64,000 bases of DNA from a virus, in the IMG/VR virus record IMGVR_UViG_3300027704_000008, positions 32,001 to 96,000 of that record; one strand, 5' to 3'. A program made the translations under genes and the position numbers. Below are positions 8,896 through 20,900 of the stretch, in pieces (within the stretch, counting starts at the first letter, position 1; each line of letters opens with the position of its first letter). A model generated the notes under the pieces. That model worked only from the letters and a program-made list of their open reading frames with translations, made no database searches and was not told where the DNA came from.

Positions 8896-10517
8896 TGACC
8901 ACATCTAAAGACGACTTCATATCTAGGACTTCTAGTGACGAGTATGGGGATGGAAAAGAAGCCACAGTAGGAGTCACTATTGACGGGTTTGCTGATCCTA
9001 CCGGTGAATTCCCTAAAAGGGATTACTTTTATGGATCGTCAGTAAATGAGGCCGCTAGGGGAATAAAGGTAAACAGCCTCAGCTTGAAAGGAGGAGATTT
9101 ATCCGTATCAATAGAGTTGCCTCCACAAAAGGCCTCCATATTTCCTTTCAATGACGTTAGAGAATCGTCGTCTGGGCACGTGTGGGAGATAGATGATACA
9201 CCTGGGGGAGAGAGGATACTTATCAAACACAGGCTCGGCGGCGGTATTGAATTACGCGCTGACGGCTCGTTCTCTTCTTCTTCTCCAGGATCTAGGGTTA
9301 CAGTAACGGGAGGAGATGATACTGTTATCGTCGATGGACACTGCAACTTGGTATACAAAGGAGACGCCACACTAACAGTGTCTGGTGACTACAACGTCAA
9401 CGTCGGCGGGAATTATAATCTTGATGTGGCTGGATCGGAGAAGGTTAACGTGAGGCAAGCGTCTCGCACTAGGATAGGAACCAATAGAGAATTAGTTGTT
9501 GCGGGTGATAACGATCGCCGCATAGCTGGATATAACAACTCTTTAGTTCTCAAGGAAAGTATTAGTTCCGTGAAGGGCGATAATAAAATATTAACCGGGG
9601 GTGAGTTGGAGATGTGCTCGGACGACATAATGTTATCGGCTAAGAATCGGTGCATAATAAGATCTTATTACATCAGCACCGCCGCCAACTCCCTTTTCAT
9701 CACAGGTGCTACTGGAAGAATTGGTGGAGAAGATCTACACTTTAACGGCAAAGTATTTGCTGGACCTCTAAGGGAGCTTTCTAGAGTTAGTGGAACGGAC
9801 GCGGGCGGTACTAATAATCCTTCTCTCGACGCAACGTTTTATGGCACGTTGGCCGGAAAGGCCTCTGAGGCAGTCACCGCTGAATTTGCTCAGAAAGCCG
9901 ACCGTGCTCACTCTGCTCATTTTGCTCAAGGTGCCGCCACCGCAGCTTATGCTGACTTTGCTTCCATGGCTGGTAACGAGCAGAGTGGTAGCAGTTTTGC
10001 GCAAGGCACCGATACTACCCACGCCGACTGGCTATCCGGTGAGGGTACAGATCACGGAATCAGCGATATCATAGCAGCGCACGATGCTGATATCCCAAGA
10101 TTTAAAATGAACCATACCTTCATCATTGAACCAGCTGCGTTCTGTGATACACGTGAATCGACACTAGCAGCATTAACTATGGGCGCGTGGGCAATTAGGC
10201 AAGTCACAATAGATCAGAATAACGAACTACTTAATCAGATTAAGAGAACGGACAACTACGATGGTGTGTTTGCCCATACCCCAACAACAGCTGAAATTAG
10301 ATCTGAGTTCCACGATCCCAAGAATCGGGAAAAAACAAGTTTGATTAACACACTGTTGGCAGAAGGCCGGTTATCAACAACATGGGCCTCGGCCCTAGGC
10401 GATAGTGTAAAGGTTGGTCGAGTAACCGGGTATGGAGATTCTACCCCCAGATTTGGATACAATGTTATTGGTAACAATCCCATGGATAATAAAAGTAAGA
10501 GGTTTAGTCCATCATGA
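8895..10517 (+). CDS. gp5 C-terminal part (baseplate needle, beta-helix)
   Basis: GF.DP.G.FP, P.N.V.ES.SGHV.EIDDTPG.ERI..H..G, followed by V.G.. beta-helix repeats. Confidence 0.85.
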   Translation: MTTSKDDFISRTSSDEYGDGKEATVGVTIDGFADPTGEFPKRDYFYGSSVNEAARGIKVNSLSLKGGDLSVSIELPPQKASIFPFNDVRESSSGHVWEIDDTPGGERILIKHRLGGGIELRADGSFSSSSPGSRVTVTGGDDTVIVDGHCNLVYKGDATLTVSGDYNVNVGGNYNLDVAGSEKVNVRQASRTRIGTNRELVVAGDNDRRIAGYNNSLVLKESISSVKGDNKILTGGELEMCSDDIMLSAKNRCIIRSYYISTAANSLFITGATGRIGGEDLHFNGKVFAGPLRELSRVSGTDAGGTNNPSLDATFYGTLAGKASEAVTAEFAQKADRAHSAHFAQGAATAAYADFASMAGNEQSGSSFAQGTDTTHADWLSGEGTDHGISDIIAAHDADIPRFKMNHTFIIEPAAFCDTRESTLAALTMGAWAIRQVTIDQNNELLNQIKRTDNYDGVFAHTPTTAEIRSEFHDPKNREKTSLINTLLAEGRLSTTWASALGDSVKVGRVTGYGDSTPRFGYNVIGNNPMDNKSKRFSPS

Positions 10518-11143
10518 CTGTGTTTTTACCCGATCCCGCATACGACCCAAACGCAGCCCCATTCATCGACAGCGAAACAAAGCTTGGGCCAGAAACTTCT
10601 ATGGCAACATTCTTAGGAAGCTATGGCAACCGTTGTAGTTTAGATTTTATACCGGACCAGGAAACTAGACGATCTATTGCAAGATACTTATACCTTCATG
10701 CTGAGGTTATTAGGCAATTCAATCAGTTAAAGGAATTTGCAGATTATAGGTTGATCGTCGCCGAGTCTTTATCTCCTAATGTGGAGGGTGGGTATGCCTG
10801 GCCGGAAGATAATCCGGAGGATGGCTCTGCTTCTCCCAGCAATTTTTCCAAGAACCAAGGATACGCCGTAGTATACCAGCTGGTCGATCAGTCAGGAAAT
10901 ATTGCCCACAATAAAACATTCGATCTTGCTTCTTTCTGGAGAGATTATATTATGTTTGATTTTATATTTTTAGATTACGATACGTATAATCCAGATGGTA
11001 CATTAACCAGTTCTATCGTGTTATATGTTCCCACGCTAACTGACGCGTTGTATACTATGGATACCCCGAAGAGCCTGTGTGAAACGTTGTTCAATGGCGA
11101 TTGGATCGATGTTAATAATTTGCGAGAAGTGCTCCCCGCATAA
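10514..11143 (+). CDS. hypothetical hub-associated protein
   Basis: 209-aa ORF coupled to gp5-C; TKLGPETSMATF faintly recalls peptidase M15A N-termini but no catalytic motif seen. Confidence 0.55.
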   Translation: MTVFLPDPAYDPNAAPFIDSETKLGPETSMATFLGSYGNRCSLDFIPDQETRRSIARYLYLHAEVIRQFNQLKEFADYRLIVAESLSPNVEGGYAWPEDNPEDGSASPSNFSKNQGYAVVYQLVDQSGNIAHNKTFDLASFWRDYIMFDFIFLDYDTYNPDGTLTSSIVLYVPTLTDALYTMDTPKSLCETLFNGDWIDVNNLREVLPA

Positions 11144-11179
11144 GGTTTGCAAATACTTCATAATAGCTCGACCAACTCA

Positions 11180-11187
11180 TATAAATA
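11180..11187 (+). promoter_or_regulatory. T4-type late promoter
   Basis: TATAAATA upstream of gp25. Confidence 0.8.
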
Positions 11188-11216
11188 ACGTATACACACG
11201 CGAGATGTAACAGACC

Positions 11217-11750
11217 ATGGCAACGAATAGAGCTTTATCCCAAGAAGATGGTAATCTAAACGCTGCACCGCTAGTATCGTCTCGGTTAAAGACATACTCT
11301 GACATAGATTTATTATTTGTTGGTCCGGCGGCGAGGGCCAAACTGTTATTTGATAGAGAGAATGAAGCGAGGATAAGCCGTGGGGAACCTGCACTCCCTG
11401 CTACAGGTGTTACGGCAGACATATACAAGAAAATTGATGCAGCGGCCGTGAGGCAATCTGTAAAGACCATTCTTTTGACCAGTCATTTTGAGAAGCCGTT
11501 TTTACCTTTGTTTGGGGCAAATTTAAACAGTCTATTATTTGAATTAAACGACAGCCTGTTGGCGCCGATTGCGTCTAGGCAGATACTAGAGAACTTAGCT
11601 ATATACGAACCAAGAGCTACGCCGTTGTCGGTGAATGTCTCAGGTGCTGAACTCATAGACGCAAATGAAATATCTATCACTGTTGTGTTTCAAATTAAAT
11701 CTACTAGGGAACAACAAACAATAACAACCAAAGTAGCAAGGTTACGATAA
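11217..11750 (+). CDS. gp25 baseplate wedge subunit
   Basis: YSDIDL.F, AVRQSVK.ILLT...EKPF.P.FG..L..LLFE, YEPR, RLR end. Confidence 0.9.
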   Translation: MATNRALSQEDGNLNAAPLVSSRLKTYSDIDLLFVGPAARAKLLFDRENEARISRGEPALPATGVTADIYKKIDAAAVRQSVKTILLTSHFEKPFLPLFGANLNSLLFELNDSLLAPIASRQILENLAIYEPRATPLSVNVSGAELIDANEISITVVFQIKSTREQQTITTKVARLR

Positions 11751-11751
11751 T

Positions 11752-13572
11752 ATGACTACGACAATTAAATCTTCGGCGTTAGACTTTAATGCTATTAAGA
11801 ATAACCTTAAAGTATATTTTGAGGGGCAGACTGAGTTTGCTGACTATGACTTTGAGGGGTCGGGTCTATCTAATATATTGGACGTGTTGGCATACAACAC
11901 ACACTTGAATGCGCTGACAGCCAACTTTGCTGTTAATGAATCGTTCCTTGGTACAGCTCAATTGCGAGAGAGTTTAGTATCTCTGTCGGAAGCAATTGGA
12001 TACATTCCATCATCTGTTACATCATCTAGGTGCATTGTTAATCTAGCTGTTGAGGTGCCCGAAGGGCCAGATCAAATTTTTCTTCCTGAGGGGGTCTTGT
12101 TTGAATGTAATATTGATGGAATATCATATACCTTCCAGACTTTAGATTCTCTAGAATCTAGGAACGATGGAACCGGAACATACCAATTCACATCGTCACG
12201 TGATGGTAGCGGTGATATATTCTTATACGAAGGTTTTTTGAGAACCAAGAATTTCCTTGTTGGGGGTGCGGACGATAATACTGTGTATGTTATTCCCGAT
12301 GCCAACATTGACATAGATACAACTACTGTTAAGGCATTTGATACACCCTCATCTGAGCTATATACAGTATTTACAGACTTCAAACACGCAACGTCAATTA
12401 CAGATAACACTAGGTTTTACGTTCTGAGGGAATCCCCCAACGGAAACTTTGACCTGTCTTTTGGCAACGGATCCTCTCTAGGAGTGAGGCCGGTTGCGGG
12501 AAACAAGGTCGAAGTAAAATATTTATCCTCGGCCGGAACTCCAGCCAATGGGGGAGCTATATTTACTCCCTCGGCAGACGTTTCTGTAACGGATAAAGGA
12601 TCGTTTCCACTACTGGTTACCACGAAGAATAAGAGTTATGCAGGTAAGCCCAAAGAGACGATAGAGTCTATTAGGTTTAATGCGCCGTTTACTTATTCGA
12701 GTCAGAATAGAATGGTAACAGCAAGGGATTATGCCGCTGTTATTTTAGAGCGATTCCCAAACTTGATAACAGACATTGTCGCTTGGGGAGGTGAAGATAA
12801 CGTAGACCCACAGTTTGGAGTAACCTATGTCTCTGTATTGTTTAATGGTGATGTGTCCACCGCAGAACAGGTTGTAACAAAGGCTCAGATATCAGCAGTG
12901 GTTGAGCAGTTATCGGTATTGTCCTTTGGGTTGGAATTTGCTGACCCCATCAAGACGTTCATTACAGTTGGTGTAACCTTTGATTTTAACTCAGCCCTAA
13001 CATCCCTTCCGCTAAACACTGTTCAGGCAAACGTGCGCAACGCTTTGACTGCGCACTTCAATACTGCAATTGGAACGGATGGGTCGTTTGGTAGATCGTT
13101 CAGACTATCCAACATGTTGACGGATGTTGATGAAGTGTCCACATCCGTTCTATCTAGTGCTGCTCAGGTTAATATGCAACAGAGAATTGTACCAATTGCG
13201 GACGGCAACACTTTAAACAACTTCTCATTGGTATTTCCATCACCAATCATAACTGCCGACGATGTGTTTTATAGGGTCACTAGCTCGGAGTTTACATACA
13301 ACGGTAAAACCTGTTCCATTAAAAACAAATTATCATCAACGGTCCTTCAAATTGTAGCGGGAATTCAGGTGGTCGTTGATGCTATTGGCACGTACGTACC
13401 AGCCACAGGAAAGGTCAATATAACGGGATTTAAACCTACTAGCATATCAGGCGGTGTCAACTTTATTAAGATTTTGGTTGTCCCAGCCAACTCAAACACA
13501 ATAACCCCAATCAATAATAACGTTTTGCTATATGACGACGATGGATCGTTTGTGTCTGGTGCGGTAATTTAG
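11752..13572 (+). CDS. gp6 baseplate wedge subunit
   Basis: LDF..IK.NL..F.DYDFEGSGLS.ILDVLAYNTH, ESFL.TA.LR, QNRMVT..DY, AWGGE. Confidence 0.93.
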   Translation: MTTTIKSSALDFNAIKNNLKVYFEGQTEFADYDFEGSGLSNILDVLAYNTHLNALTANFAVNESFLGTAQLRESLVSLSEAIGYIPSSVTSSRCIVNLAVEVPEGPDQIFLPEGVLFECNIDGISYTFQTLDSLESRNDGTGTYQFTSSRDGSGDIFLYEGFLRTKNFLVGGADDNTVYVIPDANIDIDTTTVKAFDTPSSELYTVFTDFKHATSITDNTRFYVLRESPNGNFDLSFGNGSSLGVRPVAGNKVEVKYLSSAGTPANGGAIFTPSADVSVTDKGSFPLLVTTKNKSYAGKPKETIESIRFNAPFTYSSQNRMVTARDYAAVILERFPNLITDIVAWGGEDNVDPQFGVTYVSVLFNGDVSTAEQVVTKAQISAVVEQLSVLSFGLEFADPIKTFITVGVTFDFNSALTSLPLNTVQANVRNALTAHFNTAIGTDGSFGRSFRLSNMLTDVDEVSTSVLSSAAQVNMQQRIVPIADGNTLNNFSLVFPSPIITADDVFYRVTSSEFTYNGKTCSIKNKLSSTVLQIVAGIQVVVDAIGTYVPATGKVNITGFKPTSISGGVNFIKILVVPANSNTITPINNNVLLYDDDGSFVSGAVI

Positions 13573-13576
13573 CGAT

Positions 13577-14572
13577 ATGGCAGATTTAACTCAGGTCATT
13601 CCGTATAGGCAGCAGCTGCAACTGGTGAAACACCCAGTTGAAGATGTGTTGCCCGCCCACTTTGCCGGCGCATATCCAAACCTGATACTGTTCCTAAAAA
13701 AATATTATGAACATGTTGACGCAGTTGGCACCCCTGAAAGTAGCATGCACAAAGTGTTTAATCTGCATGACATTAGCTCGATAGAACCACAATTTCTTTC
13801 TTTTCTTGAGCAACAGTTTCTGCTAGGTAGAACAAACTTTTCCGAGATTAGTGATAAAAGATCTGCGCTGAAGATCAACTCATCTTTGTATAAGGCAAAG
13901 GGTTCTAAATTTTCACTTGAGCAATTTTTCAGAATGTTCTTTGGTGTAGATGCTCAGGTTGAATACACTAAGAAAAATGTGTTTATAGTTGGAGAGTCAG
14001 AAATTGGGGCAGAATCTTTAAGGTATATAACCAATAACGAGCTTTATCAAACATATGCCATCTTAATTAAAACGAGTATTGGTTTAAGCTCTTGGAAGGA
14101 GTCGTATAAGCTGTTTGTTCACCCCGCTGGGATGTTTCTTGGGGCCCAGCTGTCAATTGAAACCACAAATGTTTTAGCTAGGGTAGCTATGCCAGATGTT
14201 GTTCCTTTGGTCCAGAATATTGCGGTAACTGGAATAGGATCCATGATAGGATCAACGTTCACAGCAGATATAACAGGTATAGTAGCACTCAACGATGATA
14301 GCGATTACCGTATTGGATTGGTTAATACAATACGACTATATCAAGACGTTGAATTGCCTTCACTTAGTAATACATCGGACGAACCAATAACGTTGGCTGG
14401 TATTGATGCTCAGTATAATAACATAGCCGAGCTTATGACCGCGACATCTCCTGGAATGGATAATGCCTTAGCCCTTGATGAAGAGGGTAATGTCGTTGCT
14501 GGTACCATTGGTATGTCTAATACTCACGAAACAATGGATCAGGCTAGTTATATTATTTACGATAGCGACTAA
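13577..14572 (+). CDS. gp7-like baseplate wedge initiator (short form)
   Basis: LP..F...YP....FL..YYE, LYKAKGS..S...FFR.FF, Y.Y..LIKT......WK..YK..VHPAG. Confidence 0.75.
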   Translation: MADLTQVIPYRQQLQLVKHPVEDVLPAHFAGAYPNLILFLKKYYEHVDAVGTPESSMHKVFNLHDISSIEPQFLSFLEQQFLLGRTNFSEISDKRSALKINSSLYKAKGSKFSLEQFFRMFFGVDAQVEYTKKNVFIVGESEIGAESLRYITNNELYQTYAILIKTSIGLSSWKESYKLFVHPAGMFLGAQLSIETTNVLARVAMPDVVPLVQNIAVTGIGSMIGSTFTADITGIVALNDDSDYRIGLVNTIRLYQDVELPSLSNTSDEPITLAGIDAQYNNIAELMTATSPGMDNALALDEEGNVVAGTIGMSNTHETMDQASYIIYDSD

Positions 14573-14579
14573 TATAACA

Positions 14580-14587
14580 TATAAATA
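14580..14587 (+). promoter_or_regulatory. T4-type late promoter
   Basis: TATAAATA upstream of 14611. Confidence 0.8.
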
Positions 14588-14610
14588 CCTTTAAACTTTA
14601 CGGGGTTACG

Positions 14611-16491
14611 ATGACAAAACAAATAATAAACACAGGAGAGCAGGCCAACGATGGTACTGGGGACTCTCTACGTCAAGCCTCCGAAAAGATTAATCAAAAC
14701 TTTGACGAGCTGTATACTCGCACGGCTTCCGAAGCGGCTGGATCCACTGTCACCGGATTGTCAGCTGAACGAATTGCCAGTCTCGATGGGTACATATCCA
14801 CAATCGACAATAACGTCGGCGGAATTGCGATTGGTTTTGATAGCGCGGGGCACGTTCCTTACTATAAACATCCTCTCAGCATTTTTACCAGGGACTCTGC
14901 CCACAATCCCGCGCTTAACTACTCCCTTCCAGCCGGGTTTGGTCACGATTCTCCCGGCGCCGTTTACACTTCGATGCTTAATGCACACGGATATGTGGGG
15001 GCCGGGCACACGATTGCTTTAGGAAACACTAACCCCTCAATTGGGTTTTCCAATAGTATCGAAGGCCCCATCGGTTCGTTCGTCGGCGCCACTGCACTTG
15101 CAGCCGATATAGGATTAATTACCACAGACAACCGAACTCTCGCCGGGACGCTGGACAGTGATGTCAACGCTGGCGATTTGAATATTTCAGCAGACAGAGT
15201 GGTATTCAACACGGGGACACGGTTTGCCAATATCAGATCTTCGCTGGGGACAGCAATGATAATTGATGCTAACGCCGACGTGACGATTTCCAAAAAGCTA
15301 GGAATTGGTGATACAATTAACCCGTCCGTCCAACTGCATGTAACAAAAATCAACATGGACAGTGATATGGGATTGCCGACTCCCAACAATACAACGGTCG
15401 CGGTATTCGAGAGGGAAATTCGATCTGACATTCAGGTATCGGGCGCGCTGAGTTCGGGTATTCAATTTGGATCTGCTATAAGCAATAAACCGGGGGGCAT
15501 TGTTTACACTCACTTAGACAACAACATGCGGTTTAGTACTGATCATTCTGAAGCTATGAGGATTGATGCAGAAGGGCGAGTTGGTGTAGGATCGGCCCCC
15601 ACAGAAAGACTGCACGTTAATGGTAGAATAAGAATTGGTAACCCTGGATCGATAATATTTGATCCACAGGACATACAAACGCCCGCTTTTCCTTCACACA
15701 TTAATCTATTCAACAACACATACGGATTTGGCGTAAGATCAGGATACGACTCAGATGGTGTATACAGTGGATCCCTAGAAGTGTGTAGTGAGCAAGACAT
15801 TAGGTTTAGTCGAGATGGTATCCAACAAGGTATTATGGATAGCGCTGGCACTCTCACTATGTTGGGCGGTTTCGTTGGAACTTCTTTATCCGGAGATGGC
15901 ACTAACGTGACTAGTGTGCGGGATGGTTTGATGCATAAAGTTGGACAATTTGCGCCCGTTGATGGAGTTATAACTATCCCAATACCTGCATATGGCCTGG
16001 CGCTGTCCGGTTTTGATCCCCATTATGATCGAGCTTATATCAGAGGATTGTTGCGGAGCTCAGACTCAGCTTCCCCCAGCAATGTAATTATTGAATTCAA
16101 TGGCGATTCAGCGGTAGGTCGATACCATTCACAAAGCAACGCTGTATATAATGGTGCCTCTATTATAACCGAAACCAACACTAATAAAATTGCGTCTGCT
16201 CCAGGGTTGGGTTCTGGGCTGACTACCACATTCCTCAACGGCACCGTTGATATTAAACTGGAGGGATTTGCTAATGCTTTCAATAAATACAAGACAGCAA
16301 GAACTGAGTATCACACATATAACGTTGACGATGGTCAAGAGATAGGATCGACCGCAGTTGTGTGGAATGATAGCGCTGGAACGTTTGGCGGTGGCTTGAC
16401 CCAAATAACTTCCATTCGCATTAAAGGGAAGGGTCTACAAGACTCCGATTATCCACTGGTCGGCTCTTTATCGCTGTATATGGAACAATAA
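14611..16491 (+). CDS. gp9/gp10-type baseplate-attached fibre protein
   Basis: N-terminal INTG..ANDGTGDSLR....KIN.NF.ELY; fibre repeats LGIG...P...LHV, MRID..GRVGVG..P...LHV.G. Confidence 0.75.
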   Translation: MTKQIINTGEQANDGTGDSLRQASEKINQNFDELYTRTASEAAGSTVTGLSAERIASLDGYISTIDNNVGGIAIGFDSAGHVPYYKHPLSIFTRDSAHNPALNYSLPAGFGHDSPGAVYTSMLNAHGYVGAGHTIALGNTNPSIGFSNSIEGPIGSFVGATALAADIGLITTDNRTLAGTLDSDVNAGDLNISADRVVFNTGTRFANIRSSLGTAMIIDANADVTISKKLGIGDTINPSVQLHVTKINMDSDMGLPTPNNTTVAVFEREIRSDIQVSGALSSGIQFGSAISNKPGGIVYTHLDNNMRFSTDHSEAMRIDAEGRVGVGSAPTERLHVNGRIRIGNPGSIIFDPQDIQTPAFPSHINLFNNTYGFGVRSGYDSDGVYSGSLEVCSEQDIRFSRDGIQQGIMDSAGTLTMLGGFVGTSLSGDGTNVTSVRDGLMHKVGQFAPVDGVITIPIPAYGLALSGFDPHYDRAYIRGLLRSSDSASPSNVIIEFNGDSAVGRYHSQSNAVYNGASIITETNTNKIASAPGLGSGLTTTFLNGTVDIKLEGFANAFNKYKTARTEYHTYNVDDGQEIGSTAVVWNDSAGTFGGGLTQITSIRIKGKGLQDSDYPLVGSLSLYMEQ

Positions 16492-16538
16492 TATGAACCT
16501 AAATAAACCCGATAACAAGTTAATGAGAATCCAATAAC

Positions 16539-17972
16539 ATGCCAGCTATAATTACAGATTCGCTGAGGCGAAGGGTTATATCGCAGCTCGTCGCCGATAT
16601 AAGTGACACAACCAATAATCATTATTACATTGCTATCGGTCGAGGAGAAATTTGGGACGCTCAGGATACTATTCCAACCCCCTCCAACTCGGTGCGCGAT
16701 GTGCGGCTCATGCAGAATTCAATGCAGTCTATGATACAGGTTGCTGCGCACTCACAAGTTGTACCTAGAAACAACTGGGCAAACAACTCGTTGTACTCCA
16801 GTTACGATGATGCTACTGTTGAATATCCAATCCATCCTTATTATGTGTTATCTGACGTCAACCGTGTGTACCTCTGTATAAGGCAGGGAACGGATACCTT
16901 AGGAACGACAATCCTTTCCACAGTCCAGCCGACTGGCGTTAGCGTCAATCCATTCGAGACAGGCGATGGTTATATATGGAAATTTTGTTATTCATTAAAC
17001 TCGGTAGATGCCAATAATTTTCTTGCGGCTAACTTTTTCCCCGTACAATATATAGACACTGCTGCGGGAGCGGAAGCGGGTGCCCTTGGGTCGGTGATTG
17101 AACAGGCCACTATCCACAATACAGCAGTCCCTGGTCAGATAAACACTATCCAGGTGACCAATGGGGGATCGGGATACACCTCTGTGCCTGACATCGCTAT
17201 TTTGGGTGATGGTACAGGAGCGCAAGCAACAGCTTTTATATCCAACGGCACGGTTGTTAAAATCGATATTGACGACAGCGCTGGCGTCGCATTCGGCGCT
17301 GGATCTAAAATGGGATCGGGGTATAACTTTGCTAGCGTAGCAATTACTGGGGGTGGCGTTTCAGCCGGAGCTGCTGGCCAGGCAATAGCAAGGGCCACGA
17401 TATCACCAAAACTTGGATTTGGATATGATCCCACAGAAGACTTAAAGGCAACATCTTTAATGTTCGCGGCCAAGCCCTCTGGGTCTCAAAATAATGACTT
17501 TGTCATAGGAAACGATTTCAGACAAGTTGCGTTGGTTCGTAACCCCAAACAATGGATTTCTGCTGATTCGGATTATACAGATGGGACGGGAACGTGTTTG
17601 AAGTATTTGACGTTCTCAACAGTTAGCCAACCTTTCTCACCTGATGCAATTATTTTGGGTGGCAACTCGGGTGCCAAGGCTATAGTAGATACAGTGGTGG
17701 GAAGTAATCTATACTACCACCAGGACGAAACTACTGGATTTGCGGACTTCAACGTTGGTGAGTCTGTATCTGAAACTACAGGTAACGGATCTGGACAGTT
17801 ATTCGGCCAGATGGTTTATACTCTTCCTGATGGCAGTACAGTATCTGGGGCCAAATTCATTCCACCAGATATAAATCCACGCAGTGGTGATTTATTATTC
17901 CTCGACAATCGTGGGGCGGTGGTTCGGTCCGCTGAACAAACAGAAGACATTAAAATAATAGTTAAGGTGTAA
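16539..17972 (+). CDS. gp8 baseplate wedge subunit
   Basis: M.AIIT..R, YY..IGR...W, V.R..W, YYV....VY.C, DGYIWKF, SG..LF.DNR..V.R..EQ.EDIKII. Confidence 0.88.
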   Translation: MPAIITDSLRRRVISQLVADISDTTNNHYYIAIGRGEIWDAQDTIPTPSNSVRDVRLMQNSMQSMIQVAAHSQVVPRNNWANNSLYSSYDDATVEYPIHPYYVLSDVNRVYLCIRQGTDTLGTTILSTVQPTGVSVNPFETGDGYIWKFCYSLNSVDANNFLAANFFPVQYIDTAAGAEAGALGSVIEQATIHNTAVPGQINTIQVTNGGSGYTSVPDIAILGDGTGAQATAFISNGTVVKIDIDDSAGVAFGAGSKMGSGYNFASVAITGGGVSAGAAGQAIARATISPKLGFGYDPTEDLKATSLMFAAKPSGSQNNDFVIGNDFRQVALVRNPKQWISADSDYTDGTGTCLKYLTFSTVSQPFSPDAIILGGNSGAKAIVDTVVGSNLYYHQDETTGFADFNVGESVSETTGNGSGQLFGQMVYTLPDGSTVSGAKFIPPDINPRSGDLLFLDNRGAVVRSAEQTEDIKIIVKV

Positions 17973-17983
17973 TTGGATACTAT

Positions 17984-20900
17984 ATGACAAACTTCAATAT
18001 TTATGGCGGGGAAACAGTTCTCCCAATCCCAACAACATCCGATAATCCTTTAATAGATAACTTATTTCGATCTACATATAAGGATGATTTTTCAGACAGC
18101 GCTGGATACCATCGAGTTTTGTTTAACTCTGGCAAAGCCATTCAGGCTCGAGAGTTAACGCAGCTCCAGACTATTATTCAAAGGGAAATCTCTAGGTTTG
18201 GTAATAATATATTCAAAGAGGGAGCCGCAGTAAACCCAGGCGGTATGACTGTAACTGCCTATGATTATGTAAAAGTAACCAGCAGCAACTGGAACAATGA
18301 CACCTCAGTTTTATTGCGGGGTGGTGTTATTACTGGTGCCAATGGAGCAGTAGCTAAAATACTGGATAAAGTCAATGCCGTAGGAGACGATCCTAATACC
18401 CTGTATATACAATATACCTCAACCCCATCCGGATCAGGTGGGTCAGATACTACAACAGCGCCCAAATTTCAGATTGATGAAGTATTGACTGTTGTAAAGC
18501 CAAATGGCGGTTCAGTAGAGTTAACCTGCGCAAACGAGGCTCCGTCCGGACAAGGATTGGTGGCATCAAGTGCTGCTGGGGATTTCTTTGTTGAAGGACA
18601 CTTCATCTTCGCTCATCCTCATTCTATTATTATCAGTAAATATAGCACAACCCCCACAGCTGTTATTGGTTTTAGAATTATTCAAGACATTGTTACGGTT
18701 GCTGATACCAATGATCTGTATGATAATCAGGGAGCCCTTCCAAACTTCACCTCGCCGGGTGCCGATCGTTATAGAATTAGACTTCAGTTAGCAGATCAAG
18801 CCACCATAGATTCTGACACAAATTTTGTATACGTTGCCAAAATTAGAGACGGGGCAATTGTTACTCAGGTCGAGGGGGATGAAGGATATAATAAGATACT
18901 AGATTTGATGGCTCTGCGAACTAAAGAAGAGTCTGGAGACTATATTGTCAAGCCATTTGATTTTAGTGTATCTCAGGATTCGGCTCTTTCTCCTGCGTTT
19001 AACGTTAAGTTATCGTCAGGGGTTGCATATGTCAATGGATATCGAGCGGAGCACTCCGACAGAGAAGTTAGGCTTTTATCTGAAAAGCCAGTAAGTGTTG
19101 TCCAAATGTCAGAAGAAACTATTCCGATCAACTATGGTAATTATGTATTATTCTCTGTCCAGAAAGGACTTCCAAATATAACTACATTCCCGACCGTTAA
19201 TTTGTATGCTTCGATTGGTGGGACAGGCACTATTATTGGAACGTGTCGGATTAGATCTGTGGCTCGGGATGGGGCGAATTATCGAGCTTACCTGTTTGAT
19301 ATTAAGATGAATGCAGGACAAAGTGCTAGATTGATTAGGAGTATAGGAACTAGCACGACGGACTATATTAATCCACTAATAGAAGCTGATTACGGTCTGC
19401 CAACGATTAGAGGGACGGCTGATCACAGTTTACTATTTCCTATGCCGCGGCTGCGCTCTAAGGTTATGGAAGATGTAGACCTGTTTGTGATGAGAGAGTT
19501 CCCGCTGACGGTGAGTGGTAACTCTGTAACAGTCTCAGTGACCGCCACCGGAGAATCATTAACCCAGACTGCCAGTTGGATCGTCGCCGCCGCTGCTGGT
19601 GATATACTATCGGGCTTTACGGTGACCGTTAATAGCTCCACGTCCATTACTCTTTCTGGAGACGGCACTACTTTACCCAACGGCGCCACCACCATTATGG
19701 CTATTGTAAAAGTGGGCGCCGGCACAGTACGATCTAAAACTTTAACCTCAGCCACAGTAGCGGTAGGATTGGACAGCGATGGGTCTGGCAATAAGTGGGT
19801 ACCTCTAAACCGTGCTGATATATTCTCGGTTGATAGGGTGCGACTGGTAGACAGCGATGGTACAGAAGATAAGGCAAGTTTGTTTGATCTGGATAATGGT
19901 CAACGGGACAACTTTTATAGTCTTGGGCGATTGCTCCTAAAGCCTGGACAGTCAGCGCCGTCTGGGAATATTTTTGCTAGGTTTACTCACTTTGCTCATG
20001 GAGCCGGAGACTTCTTCGCTATTAACTCTTATGCGGCAGGTCCAAATTACGCTGATGTTCCAAAATTTAGAAAGAATACTGCCGAAACCGTCAACCTAAG
20101 AGACGTGTTAGACTTTAGGCCCGTCCAAGATTCAAACGGACAATACCCTGCTGCCAACATTAACCAGTTGCCGTTATCTGGAACGCTGGTAACATCCGAC
20201 ACCACATATTATCAGGGGCGCAAAGATACAATTGTTATTAACGAAAAGGGCGTGGTGTCCATTATTAAAGGAAACGAATCCCTCGCCCCCCAGTTTCCGG
20301 ACACGAACTCCATGACTGGAGTTCTTCCGTTGTATAATGTTGAAATGAACCCCAATACGTTGCACACCAACGACTTGCAAGCAACACGGGTTAGGGCTAG
20401 ACATTATACTATGGCAGATATTGGTGATATAGAAGATGACCTGGTCGATCTAAAACGAACTACAGCCCTTAGCCTTCTTGAAACTAATACAGCTAATTGG
20501 CAAGTGTTCGATAGCGATGGCTTGTCAAGAACGAAATCTGGGTTCTTAGTAGATAACTTTAAAAACTACAGTATGTCAGATTTTACGGGCATCAACGGTC
20601 AGGTTAACCCGAACTATCGAGCAGTGGTCGATCCTCAGCTAGGAATGGTACGTCCATCGTTTGTAGATAATAATATAAAAATGTTTGCGGATGTGGCGGC
20701 AAACGGTAGCAATGTAGTACAGAAAGGGGATAACATATACTTAGCCTATACCCATGAAGTAGAGGTGGAACAACCAATCTGCTCGGATACTGAGAATGTT
20801 AACCCGTTTCAGGTTACGACGGGGGCAGGCAATCTGACCATTAGTCCAACAAGGGATGAATGGGCGAGTATGATAGTCCTTGCTGATGAGGATTTGCCTG

